Shown: positions 40,792 to 51,018, counted from the stretch's first letter. The stretch: 64,000 nucleotides of DNA from Candidatus Iainarchaeum sp. (GCA_043808155.1 JAZDFD010000001.1:30122-94121); one strand, 5' to 3'. Notes: generated by a model from the letters alone, not told the origin. A program made the numbers and translations.

Positions 40792-41496
40792 TTAGAATGC
40801 ATAATGCCCTGAAAGGATTAACATTGTGAAACTTATAATAAACCCCAAAAGGAAGAAGAAGATGTTTCCTGTTCTGCCATGGGGGAGTGCATCTCTTACG
40901 ACAATGTAAAGCATTGCACCAACAACAAATGAAAGAATCATCAGGTAATTCACATGTTCAAGGTTCAGGAAATACGCAACTAAAACACCAAATAACGGAG
41001 CTGCCGCAAGGAAAATTGTTATGCTTCTTTTGTTTTTTAGATGTTCACCCAAATGTGTGAATGAAAGTGAAGATGATATTGTGTGTAAAAGCAAAGGTAT
41101 GAAAACAAATGAGCTTAGAAATATGTTTCCTTCCCTGAAAATCAGGAAGAGAAGAACACCAACAATAAAGTGGTCTGCGAAAAAACCTAAAATGTGTAAT
41201 ATTGAAAGATCATGCAAAAGATGCTTTTTGTTAGTGACATGCTGGTAAATGTATTTTTCAAGCACATGGAAAATCACAAAACCCATAAGCATCAAGAGAA
41301 AAATTCGGTTTCCGGCAACAGGAAGGCCTTCAAAAAGTTCAGGGAAGAGGAACAGGAAGATATAGGTTATAAACAATCCTGCGGAAAATGAAGTTAATTT
41401 TACGTGATGTATGTGGACGGTACTTGAATATGTTTCTGAGAACCAGCTTGTGATACTCAGAGCAATTGCCAACACAAGAGGAATAAATAAATCCAT
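40792..41496 (-). CDS. ZIP-like metal transporter
   Basis: ~8 TM helices; 'SFSAG', 'LFPE', His residues in TM and 'GAMLYIVVRD.LP'. Confidence 0.65.
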   Translation of the reverse strand: MDLFIPLVLAIALSITSWFSETYSSTVHIHHVKLTSFSAGLFITYIFLFLFPELFEGLPVAGNRIFLLMLMGFVIFHVLEKYIYQHVTNKKHLLHDLSILHILGFFADHFIVGVLLFLIFREGNIFLSSFVFIPLLLHTISSSLSFTHLGEHLKNKRSITIFLAAAPLFGVLVAYFLNLEHVNYLMILSFVVGAMLYIVVRDALPHGRTGNIFFFLLGFIISFTMLILSGHYAF

Positions 41497-41547
41497 GAAA
41501 ATAGTAGGTAAAGGTGCTTTAAATCCTTTTCTGAACATATTGCTATT

Positions 41548-42507
41548 ATGCAAAATACTGTAACTTTTGATTTGCACACGCACCTTAACGAGAAAAAAAT
41601 AAATCCTGTTGATTATTGGAATGCTGTAAAATTAAAAGGTCTGGATGCAGTGGCAATAACAGAACATGCACAATTTGAACCAGAAGACGCATACTTGAAA
41701 CTTGCGGAAGAACAACCACAAAATATTGCACTTATTCCGGGGATTGAATTAAACACAAACATGGGACATGTTGTTGCATATGGGAAAGACAGAAAAATTT
41801 ACGAAATTGATGAATATTTAGAATGGAATCTGAAGATTGATACTGCAATTGAAATTGCAAAAGAAAAAGAAATTTTATTAAGTGTTGTGCATCCCTGGAG
41901 TCTGTCATATGACAGTGCAGCATATATTTATGGTGAAAGAAAACTAAGGAAAATTATTAGGGAACATGGACTTGGTGTTGAAATTTACAATGGGATGATT
42001 GGGCAACTGAGTAATTTCATTTATGATACTAACTGGATAAAGAAACCAATGAACTTCTTTGAATTCATTGAAAAAAACAGAATTACAAAAAAAATGCGTC
42101 TGAGCAAAATAGGGGCAAAACTGAAAGATAAATTAAATGAAAAAGGAGAGGAAGTTCTGCAGAGATGTGCAAACGCAATAGAATTAGGAAGTGTAGCAAG
42201 TTTTGTTACTGCAGGAAGTGATGCACATTTTCCAGAAAGAATTGGTTCGGGAATTATAAAAATGAAATGGGTAAATAAGACACTTAATCCGGAAAATGTT
42301 TTGCAGAGCCTGAGAAAAAAGAGTGATGTTGTCTGGTTTGGGCCTTATGTAAAAGAGAATGAGAACGGCGAATTTGAAAAATTAGATATTTCTTTAACAA
42401 GAACAGAAGTAATTCAGGGAGTTAAATACGCGGGAAAGAGATTCTTAATTGACACCCCAATCAAAAAAGTAAGAAAAATCAGGGATAAAGACTCCTTTCA
42501 AAGCTGA
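41548..42507 (+). CDS. PHP domain phosphoesterase
   Basis: DLHTH, ITEH, GH, VHP and GSDAH motifs. Confidence 0.88.
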   Translation: MQNTVTFDLHTHLNEKKINPVDYWNAVKLKGLDAVAITEHAQFEPEDAYLKLAEEQPQNIALIPGIELNTNMGHVVAYGKDRKIYEIDEYLEWNLKIDTAIEIAKEKEILLSVVHPWSLSYDSAAYIYGERKLRKIIREHGLGVEIYNGMIGQLSNFIYDTNWIKKPMNFFEFIEKNRITKKMRLSKIGAKLKDKLNEKGEEVLQRCANAIELGSVASFVTAGSDAHFPERIGSGIIKMKWVNKTLNPENVLQSLRKKSDVVWFGPYVKENENGEFEKLDISLTRTEVIQGVKYAGKRFLIDTPIKKVRKIRDKDSFQS

Positions 42508-42539
42508 ACTTTATATACTATTTTGTTGTTATTTAAAGT

Positions 42540-42950
42540 ATGAAATATGCAGTAAACACAGATACGCCTTTAAGAAAGATTCCTCCTGAAACGCAGGAAA
42601 TTCATTTAGTAAGGCCTATTAAAAAAGAAAAACTATCTCAGCTTCTGAAACAATGTACTGCATTAAGAACTATTTATCTGAGCAAAAGCTGCGATTCACG
42701 ACTTCCTGAAAAAACACGGGAACTCATTAAAGAAAGGGGAATTGAACTTGTGAGAGAAGACAGCAGAGGACGCGCTATTAATATGGATTTGAAAAAACTT
42801 TTGAATATTGTTGAAATGGTTAAGGATGGGCGTTCGTTGCGTGAAATAGAATCAGTGTCAGGAATTCCAAAAAGTACTGTTCATTATATTGTAAAATATG
42901 CTGAAAGAACTAAATTGAGAGACGGGAGACAGATAATTTATCTTAAGTAG
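42540..42950 (+). CDS. DUF1699-like protein with C-terminal HTH
   Basis: 'EIHL.RP' N-terminal domain; 'SLREI...GIPKSTVHY'. Confidence 0.65.
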   Translation: MKYAVNTDTPLRKIPPETQEIHLVRPIKKEKLSQLLKQCTALRTIYLSKSCDSRLPEKTRELIKERGIELVREDSRGRAINMDLKKLLNIVEMVKDGRSLREIESVSGIPKSTVHYIVKYAERTKLRDGRQIIYLK

Positions 42951-42961
42951 GAGTTGATTGT

Positions 42962-44287
42962 ATGAAGAAGAATACAATTATTTTGGGAGCAGCTGGAAAA
43001 GATTTCCATGTATTTAATGTTTATTATCGTGATAATCCCGAGTATAATGTAGTTTGCTTTACTGCAACGCAAATCCCAGATATAGTTGGTAGAACATATC
43101 CGAAAGAACTTTCAGGAAAATTATATCCTAAAGGAATTCCAATTTACGATGAGATAGATCTTGAAAAACTTATAAAAAAATTTAAAGTACGAGAAGTTGT
43201 ATTTGCTTATTCTGATGTTAAGCACGAACAGGTAATGCATCTTGCTTCAAAAGCAAATGCTGCAGGTTCTGATTTCAAATTAATTGGTGCAGAAAACATG
43301 ATGATTAAATCCAAAAAACCCGTAATTGCAATATGCGCAGTTCGAACTGGAGTTGGAAAATCTCAAACCACAAGAAGAGTTGCTGAAATTCTGAAAAGAA
43401 TGGGCAAAAAGGTAGCAGTAATAAGACATCCTATGCCCTATGGAAATTTGAAAATGCAAATTGTTCAGGAATTTGTTACTTATGAAGATCTGACAAAACA
43501 TAAATGTACGATTGAGGAAAGGGAAGAATACGAGCCGCACATTGAAATGGGGAATTTGTTATACGCGGGTGTTGATTATGGTGAAATTTTAAAAGTAGCA
43601 GAGAAAAAAGCAGATGTTCTTTTGTGGGATGGTGGGAATAATGATCTTCCATTTTATACGCCTGATTTGCACATTACATTAGTAGACCCCCACAGGCCAG
43701 AAGATGAATTAGTTTATTATCCAGGTGAAGTTAATCTCAGAATGGCAAATATAATTATCATAAACAAAGAAGGTACTGCAAAAAAAGAGGGAATTGCTAC
43801 TGTTTTAAAGAATTCAAAAAAAGCAAACCCCAAGGCAAAAATTGTTCACGCAGATTCACCAGTAACATTTGATGGGACAATTAATCTTAGAGGTAAAAAA
43901 GTTTTAGTTGTTGAGGATGGTCCCACATTAACACATGGGGGAATGACATATGGTGCGGGATTTATTGCTGCAAAAAAAGCAGGTGCGGAAATTGTAAAAC
44001 CAAGAAAATATGCAGTTGAAAGCATTAAACAAACTTATGAAAAATATCCCCACATGGAAGATATTCTTCCTGCAATGGGATACTCCAAAAAACAGCTTTC
44101 AGATTTAGAAAAAACCATAAACAAAGTTCCTGCAGATTATGTTGTTATTGGGACTCCAATTGATTTAAGGAAAATTGTGAGAATGAACAAACCTGCAGTT
44201 AGAGTGAGATACTCTTTGAAAGAAAAGGGAAAAGAATTTGAAAATGCAGTGAAAGCAATTGGGAAGAAAACTTTTAAGAAAAAATGA
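42962..44287 (+). CDS. COG2403 P-loop protein (cDPG-synthetase-like; probable arginine synthetase ArcE)
   Basis: 'GAAG.DFH.FN', 'TATQIP', 'RTGVGKSQT', 'RHPMPYG', 'TIEEREEYE', 'WDGGNND' and 'VEDGPT.THG'. Confidence 0.8.
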   Translation: MKKNTIILGAAGKDFHVFNVYYRDNPEYNVVCFTATQIPDIVGRTYPKELSGKLYPKGIPIYDEIDLEKLIKKFKVREVVFAYSDVKHEQVMHLASKANAAGSDFKLIGAENMMIKSKKPVIAICAVRTGVGKSQTTRRVAEILKRMGKKVAVIRHPMPYGNLKMQIVQEFVTYEDLTKHKCTIEEREEYEPHIEMGNLLYAGVDYGEILKVAEKKADVLLWDGGNNDLPFYTPDLHITLVDPHRPEDELVYYPGEVNLRMANIIIINKEGTAKKEGIATVLKNSKKANPKAKIVHADSPVTFDGTINLRGKKVLVVEDGPTLTHGGMTYGAGFIAAKKAGAEIVKPRKYAVESIKQTYEKYPHMEDILPAMGYSKKQLSDLEKTINKVPADYVVIGTPIDLRKIVRMNKPAVRVRYSLKEKGKEFENAVKAIGKKTFKKK

Positions 44288-44321
44288 TTTTACATTAGCG
44301 ATAATTGTGAGGGAACTAGAT

Positions 44322-45026
44322 ATGAAATTTAAAATAGATTCGAAGATTTTTGAACAGTTTCCCGGATTGAATATAGGATATGTTATTGCAAAAAATTTAG
44401 ATAATTCCGGAAGAGTTGAAGAAATTCAAAAACAGATTAGAGAACAGGAAAACTTAATAAAAGAAAAATATGACAGAGAAACATTATCACAGAATGAAAA
44501 AATTGATGTATGGCGAAAAGCGTATTCTTCATTTGGAGGAAAACCGAAAAAGAATAAATCGTCTGTTGAAAATTTGTACAGGCTGACTTTAGAAGGAGTT
44601 GAGCTAAGACACATAAATAAGCTTGTGGATATTTACAATTTTATTTCATTAAAACACATGCTCCCAGTTGGCGGAGAGGATGCAGATAAAATTAATGGGG
44701 ATATATTGCTAACTTTTGCTCAAGAAAATGAAGCACCGGTTTTGTTATTAGGAGAGAAAGAACCAAGACCTCCAAAACAGGGCGAAATTATTTACAAAGA
44801 TGACCTATCTGCGATTTGCAGAAGATGGAACTGGCGTGAAGCAGACAGAACAAAACTTACAGAAGATACAAAGAACTGTATTTTGGTTATTGAGGGTCTT
44901 CCGCCTGTTACAAAAGAAGATGTTGAAAAAGCCACAAAAGAAATGACAGAGTTAGTAAAAAATATGTGTGGCGGAGATATAGGTTATGTTGTACTTAATA
45001 AGAAGAAAAGCGAGGTGCTTATTTGA
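44322..45026 (+). CDS. B3/B4 domain (PheRS-beta-like, trans-editing) protein
   Basis: 'SSVE.L', 'IN.LVDIYN.IS' and 'CRRWNWRE'. Confidence 0.88.
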   Translation: MKFKIDSKIFEQFPGLNIGYVIAKNLDNSGRVEEIQKQIREQENLIKEKYDRETLSQNEKIDVWRKAYSSFGGKPKKNKSSVENLYRLTLEGVELRHINKLVDIYNFISLKHMLPVGGEDADKINGDILLTFAQENEAPVLLLGEKEPRPPKQGEIIYKDDLSAICRRWNWREADRTKLTEDTKNCILVIEGLPPVTKEDVEKATKEMTELVKNMCGGDIGYVVLNKKKSEVLI

Positions 45027-45237
45027 GCAGTACGAACAATTGGGAAGAAAGCATAACTCATCTTTCTTCTTTTACGAATTTGCATGCAGGACAGAGCCAG
45101 GTTCGGTATACACTGGTTCCGTGAACACGGGGTACGCCTTCTGGCATCATTTCTTTGTTACAACTCGGACATTTCATGGGACTAATAAAGAGGGCAAAGA
45201 ATTATATTAACTTTTGGACAAATTGCATGTGATTGAG

Positions 45238-45903
45238 ATGTTTAAAGCTGTACTTTTTGATTTGGATAATACACTTATTGATTTTATGAAAATGAAACAC
45301 AGATGCAGTGAAGCTGCAGTTTCAGCAATGATTGAGGCAGGTCTCCCCTTGAAAGAGGATGTAGCATTGAAAAAACTTTTTGATATGTATGAAGAATACG
45401 GGATTGAAGATCAGAAAATATTCGATAATTTTTTAAAAAAGGAACTTGGAAAAATAGATTATAAAATTCTTGCAGCAGGGATTGTAGCGTACAGACGAAT
45501 TAAGGATGGGCAACTAACTACTTACCCGCATGTAAGAAAAACACTTATTGAATTAAAAACAAAGGGACTGAAATTAGGGATTGTTTCAGATGCTCCGGTA
45601 ATGCAGGGCTGGCTGAGGTTAGCTGCTCTTGATTTAGTTGATTTTTTTGATGTTGTTGTTACATTAGATGACACTGGACAGGCAAAACCGCATAAAATGC
45701 CATTTGAAAAAGCAATTAGTGTTCTGAACTTGAAGCCAGAGGATATTCTTTTTGTGGGAGATAATCCCAAAAGAGACATTCTTGGCGCTAAACAAGTCGG
45801 AATGAAAACCGCGCTTGCAAAATACGGGCAGGTTTTCAAAACAAAGGAAAAAGCAGATTATACTCTGAAAAAAATCACAGATATTTTAGAGGTGGTTAAA
45901 TAA
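45238..45903 (+). CDS. HAD-superfamily hydrolase (TIGR02253-like)
   Basis: FDLDNTL, KP and FVGDN..RDI motifs. Confidence 0.9.
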   Translation: MFKAVLFDLDNTLIDFMKMKHRCSEAAVSAMIEAGLPLKEDVALKKLFDMYEEYGIEDQKIFDNFLKKELGKIDYKILAAGIVAYRRIKDGQLTTYPHVRKTLIELKTKGLKLGIVSDAPVMQGWLRLAALDLVDFFDVVVTLDDTGQAKPHKMPFEKAISVLNLKPEDILFVGDNPKRDILGAKQVGMKTALAKYGQVFKTKEKADYTLKKITDILEVVK

Positions 45904-46142
45904 TGGGTTGGATGCACCTTTTTGGCAGTTTCAGAAGAACGTATTTAGTGATTTTTACATTTCTTTTAGTAGTTTATGTCGTAATTTCATTCAGAGACTG
46001 GCAGTCTGATTTTATTACCTGGTTTTTTAGAACAAATAATTGGGGAATGCTGATTTTTATTTCATTACTGGGTTTTGCAATAGTAACAATTCTTACAAAA
46101 TTATTGCAGTGGGAAGTTAGAACCCAGACAAGAAGACGTTAA
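45903..46142 (+). CDS. Small 2-TM membrane protein
   Basis: Translationally coupled (TAATG); two hydrophobic helices. Confidence 0.6.
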   Translation: MGWMHLFGSFRRTYLVIFTFLLVVYVVISFRDWQSDFITWFFRTNNWGMLIFISLLGFAIVTILTKLLQWEVRTQTRRR

Positions 46143-46165
46143 TTCTCAGACAAGAAGATGATTCT

Positions 46166-47167
46166 TTAATCGTATTCTTTTATTGAAGCAGACGTGTTTT
46201 TTGTTTGCATGAATTTGGTTGTAAGTGACAGACATTCAGAGAATGCATCTTCCAGTGTGTCTGCACAACCATTAAATGCTGAAGCACCTGGGTGACCTCC
46301 GCCTTCACCTTTAAATTTGCTTCCAAGCGGAATGAAAATATGTTTTGCTAAATCAAAACCTGTTTCTTTGATGAACTTGTTATTTGCGCGTCCTGAAATT
46401 TTTACTTTTCCTTTTTCGCAGTCACCTGCAAATGCGATGTCAGCACCTAATTTTACTAATGCCATTGCAGCATCAGATTCATATGCACCAATATCCGAAG
46501 TTACAACAATGTAATCTGAAATTTTGTAAATTCTTACACGTTTTGCTGCCTTTAATTTTGCAATTTTTAATGCAGGATCAACTTTAAGTTGGAATAAGGA
46601 AACTATTTCATAAAATGATTTATTGGATTTTTTAAGCATCTCATACATTATCAAAAAAACCTTAGAATCTGCAACTAAAAAATGAGCAGTGTCAGTAATG
46701 AGACCTGCAGCAATAAAAACACACATTTCTTTTGTTAATGTTATTTTTTGCTTTTTGAAAAGATCGTAAATAATTTCTGTTGTGGAAGCTGCTTTTGGAT
46801 TAATTATTGACCCTTTGGAAAAAGTCATTGTTTTATCAGATTCTTCGTGGTGATCAAACACATAAATTGGTTTATTGTAATTCATAACTGAATTTTTTAA
46901 CGTACCAAGCATCTCATAGCTGTTTAAATCTACAATAATAAGCGCATCAGACTTTGAAACATCGGGATTTATTTCAAAGCGTGTATTAGTATTCTCTGCA
47001 AGTGCTTTTGCATTTAAATTTATGTGGTCGGGAATTCCAATCACGGAATTTTTGCCTAAAAACAGAGAAAGATTAGCAGCAGATGCAAATGCATCTACAT
47101 CTGCGCCCGCATGCGCTAAAATAAGTACTTTTTTACCACGTAATGTAGAAAGCTTCAAAAACACCAC
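46166..47167 (-). CDS. DHH/DHHA1 phosphoesterase
   Basis: H..AD.DA, FDHH and GGGH motifs. Confidence 0.9.
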   Translation of the reverse strand: MVFLKLSTLRGKKVLILAHAGADVDAFASAANLSLFLGKNSVIGIPDHINLNAKALAENTNTRFEINPDVSKSDALIIVDLNSYEMLGTLKNSVMNYNKPIYVFDHHEESDKTMTFSKGSIINPKAASTTEIIYDLFKKQKITLTKEMCVFIAAGLITDTAHFLVADSKVFLIMYEMLKKSNKSFYEIVSLFQLKVDPALKIAKLKAAKRVRIYKISDYIVVTSDIGAYESDAAMALVKLGADIAFAGDCEKGKVKISGRANNKFIKETGFDLAKHIFIPLGSKFKGEGGGHPGASAFNGCADTLEDAFSECLSLTTKFMQTKNTSASIKEYD

Positions 47168-47173
47168 TCAGAA

Positions 47174-47563
47174 TTATTTCTTCTTTTCTTTCTTTTCTGA
47201 TTTTTCTGTTTCCGAAACTTCAGCTGCATCCCCGGCAGAGAATGCTGGTTTTCCTTCAATTTCCCTTCGTAATTTGTTGAGCTTACTTACCAATGAATCT
47301 TCCTGTTTCTGCAGAGTTTTGATTCTCAAATCAGTTGATTCTTTGGTTTCTTTAAGCTCCTTTTTCACATCTGTTACAGTCGCCTGAATCAAAATGTTAC
47401 CTACGGCTTTGTAAACTTTCTTTTCCGAAGTTTTTTCAAGCTCATCAAGTGCATTTTTCAGTGCTGATGCCTGAAACTGAAGCTGTTGTTTCTGTGATGA
47501 AATTGAAATTAAATTATTTCTGTTTCTTTCAAATTCCATTATGTCTTGTTGTTTTGGCTCCAT
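47174..47563 (-). CDS. pfdB: Prefoldin beta subunit
   Basis: 'VYKAVGNILI' between coiled coils; superoperon context. Confidence 0.92.
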   Translation of the reverse strand: MEPKQQDIMEFERNRNNLISISSQKQQLQFQASALKNALDELEKTSEKKVYKAVGNILIQATVTDVKKELKETKESTDLRIKTLQKQEDSLVSKLNKLRREIEGKPAFSAGDAAEVSETEKSEKKEKKK

Positions 47564-47811
47564 TAGAAGACCTCCAATAATCTTTTCGAAAGCATAATCG
47601 GCTTAAGAAGAGTGTTGAATGACGCTCTTAATGCTGTCAAATCCTTTGCTTTAATAGTTATGGAAAGCATATCTTTTTTAAGTCTTACATTGGTTTCAGA
47701 TCTCTGAATTTTTCCAGAAGTCATATCTGGAGAAATAACTTCTAAAATTTGTTTGGGAATTTCTTCATCTTCAAAGAAAAGCTTTAATTCAAAATCATAA
47801 ATGTAAGTCAT
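47563..47811 (-). CDS. pcc1: KEOPS complex subunit Pcc1
   Basis: 'I.AKDLTALRASFNT'; context. Confidence 0.85.
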   Translation of the reverse strand: MTYIYDFELKLFFEDEEIPKQILEVISPDMTSGKIQRSETNVRLKKDMLSITIKAKDLTALRASFNTLLKPIMLSKRLLEVF

Positions 47812-48101
47812 TTCAATCCCATTTTTTCAAGTTCTGAAATTAAATTTTCTGAGAAAGGTATTTTTTTGAAATCATGCCAATCGGTTTCTGTGATTTCAAT
47901 AATTTTCAGGAAGCTTATTTTGTTATGCTCTTCTTCCACAATTCCCAAAAATTTAAATCCCTTATAACGTGCCTCGTCAATTATTTTTTCAATAGGTTTC
48001 TGAGCTCTGTGTAAAAACTCAGAATTTTGTAAAGTTTTTGCCAGTTCTTTGGCAAAAAAAACTGTGTCATGACCTGAATTACGCGAAGTAGTAAAATACA
48101 C
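47808..48101 (-). CDS. Short Brix-domain ribosome biogenesis protein
   Basis: 'TTSR.S...T..FAKELA'; context between rpoP and pcc1. Confidence 0.7.
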   Translation of the reverse strand: MYFTTSRNSGHDTVFFAKELAKTLQNSEFLHRAQKPIEKIIDEARYKGFKFLGIVEEEHNKISFLKIIEITETDWHDFKKIPFSENLISELEKMGLK

Positions 48102-48113
48102 TCGATCACTTAC

Positions 48114-48245
48114 TTATCTGGCAATAACATCCTTTACAATAGGGTCTCTTATTTTGTAAAGAACTTTAGATGCGCATTTAGGGCATCGGATTATTCCTTC
48201 GGAAAGTGTGTCACATTTTTCCCCGCAGTTACTGCATCTGTACAT
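48114..48245 (-). CDS. rpoP: DNA-directed RNA polymerase subunit P (Rpo12)
   Basis: Translated by hand: MYRCSNCGEKCDTLSEGIIRCPKCASKVLYKIRDPIVKDVIAR; follows rpl37ae. Confidence 0.9.
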   Translation of the reverse strand: MYRCSNCGEKCDTLSEGIIRCPKCASKVLYKIRDPIVKDVIAR

Positions 48246-48760
48246 TAATTATCAGTCTCCTTATCTTCTTTTTTCTTTACCGGTTTCTTTTCTTTTTTCG
48301 CTGGTTTTTCTGCCGTCTCAGATTTTTTCGGTTTGTGTTCTTTTTTTGTTTCCTTTTTTGTTTCCTTTTTTGTTTCTTTTTTTGTGTCCTTTTTTATTTC
48401 CTTTTTTGTGTCCTTTTTTGTGTCCTTTTTAGGTTCGTCTTCAGTGTCTTCCAATGTGTCTTCTTTTGTACTTATAAGTTCAGCAAGATTTGGAAGGAAC
48501 CTTTTCTGGGAAACCATTTTTTTTACTATTGCGCCTGTCATTGTTATGGGGATATATGCTCCGCCTGTGAATTCAGCATTGCATTTTGTGCAATAATAAA
48601 TTCCTGCAGCTTTTCTTTTGATTGTTTGTGCACCGCATTTTGGACAGATGTGCTTTGCATTCTGTTTTGCTTCTATTTTTTTCACAATATTTTTAACACC
48701 ACGGCCATATCTTGCACCAAAACGACCTGTGCTTTTTACTTTCTTTGTTTTGTTTCCCAT
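48245..48760 (-). CDS. rpl37ae: 50S ribosomal protein L37Ae (eL43) with long charged C-terminal extension
   Basis: GRFGARYG, CPKC..CTKC and FTGGAY motifs. Confidence 0.92.
   Translation of the reverse strand: MGNKTKKVKSTGRFGARYGRGVKNIVKKIEAKQNAKHICPKCGAQTIKRKAAGIYYCTKCNAEFTGGAYIPITMTGAIVKKMVSQKRFLPNLAELISTKEDTLEDTEDEPKKDTKKDTKKEIKKDTKKETKKETKKETKKEHKPKKSETAEKPAKKEKKPVKKKEDKETDN
48335..48430 (-). repeat. Eight 12-nt tandem repeats encoding KK(D/E)x within rpl37ae
   Basis: KKDT KKDT KKEI KKDT KKET KKET KKET KKEH. Confidence 0.85.
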
Positions 48761-48766
48761 TTTTAA

Positions 48767-49552
48767 TCACCGTTGTAACAGTTTCCTTATGTCTTTTCCT
48801 TTTTTAATTGTCATTTCTACAATATCATCTAGTTCTTTTGCAGTGAAATAACCATTTTTACCTTTCTGGCAAGCAGTTAGAATGTCATTTTCAATTGATG
48901 CCAATGAAAATCTTGCAGTTGATGCCACATCTTCCTCGCTTGTTGCATCAATAAGTATTTTACTTCCAATTTTTGAAGAAGTGCACAATACAGGAATGTT
49001 TGCTAATTTTAATTTTCCTACATATTCGCCTTTGACAACTGCGCCGTCTTCAAACTTCGGCATTTTTGCATTAAGGTATGATGACACAAGTGCAATTGAA
49101 CTTGCATCAAAAAGATTTCCTGCATCATTTATTACATAAATGTCACCGAAAGCAATCCATACTTTTTCGCCTTCAGTTATACAAAGCTTTTTGAAATCAA
49201 TTGATTTGCTTTCACGTATACCGCGGTCTACGACTCTTGCTAATTCAATTGCGTCTTCTCTTGGCGGGCCTGATTCAAAATAAGGTGACCCCATTGGTAA
49301 GAGTTCTGCACCAATTGAAATTGTTCCTTCATCAGGAGTGTCAGGGTATGGGTCCCCAGGAACTAGTTTAACTCCTGCGATAATTTCTGTCTCCCCAAGT
49401 TTTACCCATGCAGAACCTTCGGCATTTTCACTTATATCTTTTTTTATTGAAATGCTCCGGTATTCATCAAGTTTTCTGCCGTCGAGTCTTTTTCCTTCCT
49501 GCATTAGCTGAATTACTTGCTCTGATTTGAGCGTTGTTAAAATGTTATTCAT
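48767..49552 (-). CDS. rrp42: Exosome subunit Rrp42
   Basis: RLDGR, AEGSA and ELARVVDRGIRES motifs. Confidence 0.93.
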   Translation of the reverse strand: MNNILTTLKSEQVIQLMQEGKRLDGRKLDEYRSISIKKDISENAEGSAWVKLGETEIIAGVKLVPGDPYPDTPDEGTISIGAELLPMGSPYFESGPPREDAIELARVVDRGIRESKSIDFKKLCITEGEKVWIAFGDIYVINDAGNLFDASSIALVSSYLNAKMPKFEDGAVVKGEYVGKLKLANIPVLCTSSKIGSKILIDATSEEDVASTARFSLASIENDILTACQKGKNGYFTAKELDDIVEMTIKKGKDIRKLLQR

Positions 49553-50310
49553 TTTATCACCTTCTCTGTTTCTGCAGGAATTTCTTTTTCCGCATCTGCG
49601 TATCTTTTTCTTAAAGCATCTTTCTGAATTTCCCAGACTTTTTTACATGCTTCGATTCCTTTTTTTGTTGCTTTTTTAAGTTCGTCTTTTGTAAACAAAC
49701 CATCCATCTGCATAAGAACTATTTCTTCGTTCTTTGGCATTATTGCCATTGGAATATCAACTGCATCTGGTGCGTCTTCTTCATCTTTGTTTAAATCAAC
49801 AAGGATGTGCCCCCCAGCTTTTCCAACTCCGCATGAAGAAACCATATCTCTCATTGGAATTCCTGCATCAACTAATGCAACAGATGCTGCTGTTAAAGCT
49901 GCAGCTCTTGTACCTGCATTGCTGTCAAGAATTTCTACGCTTACTTCAATTGAGCAATTTGGAAATCTTTCAGTAAAAATTGCAGCTTCTAAAGCATCTG
50001 CTGAAACTTTTGAAATCTCAATTTCACGTCTTGCTGGTCTTGGGTTCTTTCTGTCTGGAACTGAGAAAGTTGCCATTCTGTAAATGTAATCAACTTTTGC
50101 TCTGTATGGGTTTTGTGTGTGTTTTGGAAGTGCTTCCTTTGGTCCGAAAACACCAACTAAAACTTTGTTCTGGCCCCATTCCAAATATGCAGAACCATCT
50201 GCTCTTTCAAGTACGCCAGCTTCGATTGTTATAGGTCTTATATCGTCAATGCCTCTTCCGTCTAATCTTTTTCCATTTTTAACATATTCTGAAAGTTTGT
50301 GCTGTGTCAT
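49549..50310 (-). CDS. rrp41: Exosome subunit Rrp41
   Basis: ADGSAY.EWG, RREIEIS and AGTR motifs. Confidence 0.93.
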   Translation of the reverse strand: MTQHKLSEYVKNGKRLDGRGIDDIRPITIEAGVLERADGSAYLEWGQNKVLVGVFGPKEALPKHTQNPYRAKVDYIYRMATFSVPDRKNPRPARREIEISKVSADALEAAIFTERFPNCSIEVSVEILDSNAGTRAAALTAASVALVDAGIPMRDMVSSCGVGKAGGHILVDLNKDEEDAPDAVDIPMAIMPKNEEIVLMQMDGLFTKDELKKATKKGIEACKKVWEIQKDALRKRYADAEKEIPAETEKVIK

Positions 50311-50990
50311 TATGCCACCCTCTCGTCATTTTTTTCGTCATTCTCAATATTTTTCATGTTTGTTTTTTCACTTATTTGAGCACTTTGATTTGTTTTCATG
50401 AATTCTTCCATTTTGTTTGTAAGATTTCCAAGATGTGCTTCACTTTCTATTTTTTGTATTGCATCTTTTAGAAGTTTTAAGTTTCCGTTCTTTGCCCATA
50501 CTCGTCCGTTTCTTCCTATAAGCAAAGACGAATTTGTTCCGCTTTTCAAAACATTAAGCATTGAACCGTTTTTCCCAATTAAGCGCGGGACTTTTACAGG
50601 GCTTACTTCTACAATTTCTCCGCCGTAAAAAACTCTTATATCTGAAATGCTTGCTTCATTTACTTCATTTACAGAGTCAACTTTTGCAGAAATTATTGCG
50701 CCTGTTTTCAGAGTTTCTCTTATATCGCGCTTGCTCATATATGAGCTGTAAATTGAGTTTATGTCAACTTCATAAACAGAATGCTTTTCACTTTTTACTA
50801 TGCCTACAATCAAATCACCTGCAGTGGGAATATATCTTCCCTGCAGTGGGATGACTGATGCAGTTGCTGATTCAGTATCCATAATGCCTAAACAGTCAGA
50901 ATAAATCTTTCCATTTTCAACAAATACGTGAATACCTAATCTTTTTCGTTCTTCAGTGACTAGGTCACCTGGTATCACAATTTTTTTCAT
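50310..50990 (-). CDS. rrp4: Exosome RNA-binding subunit Rrp4
   Basis: S1 + KH domains (VPRLIGKNGSM, G.NG.VW). Confidence 0.92.
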   Translation of the reverse strand: MKKIVIPGDLVTEERKRLGIHVFVENGKIYSDCLGIMDTESATASVIPLQGRYIPTAGDLIVGIVKSEKHSVYEVDINSIYSSYMSKRDIRETLKTGAIISAKVDSVNEVNEASISDIRVFYGGEIVEVSPVKVPRLIGKNGSMLNVLKSGTNSSLLIGRNGRVWAKNGNLKLLKDAIQKIESEAHLGNLTNKMEEFMKTNQSAQISEKTNMKNIENDEKNDERVA

Positions 50991-51018
50991 ATTTTTCACC
51001 TTATTCAAATTATAAACA

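Noticed and set aside
48206-48766. Phe/Cys-rich + strand ORFs
   Set aside because: Antisense shadows of the Lys-rich rpl37ae repeats; the other short antisense ORFs overlapping well-supported genes were rejected for the same reason.
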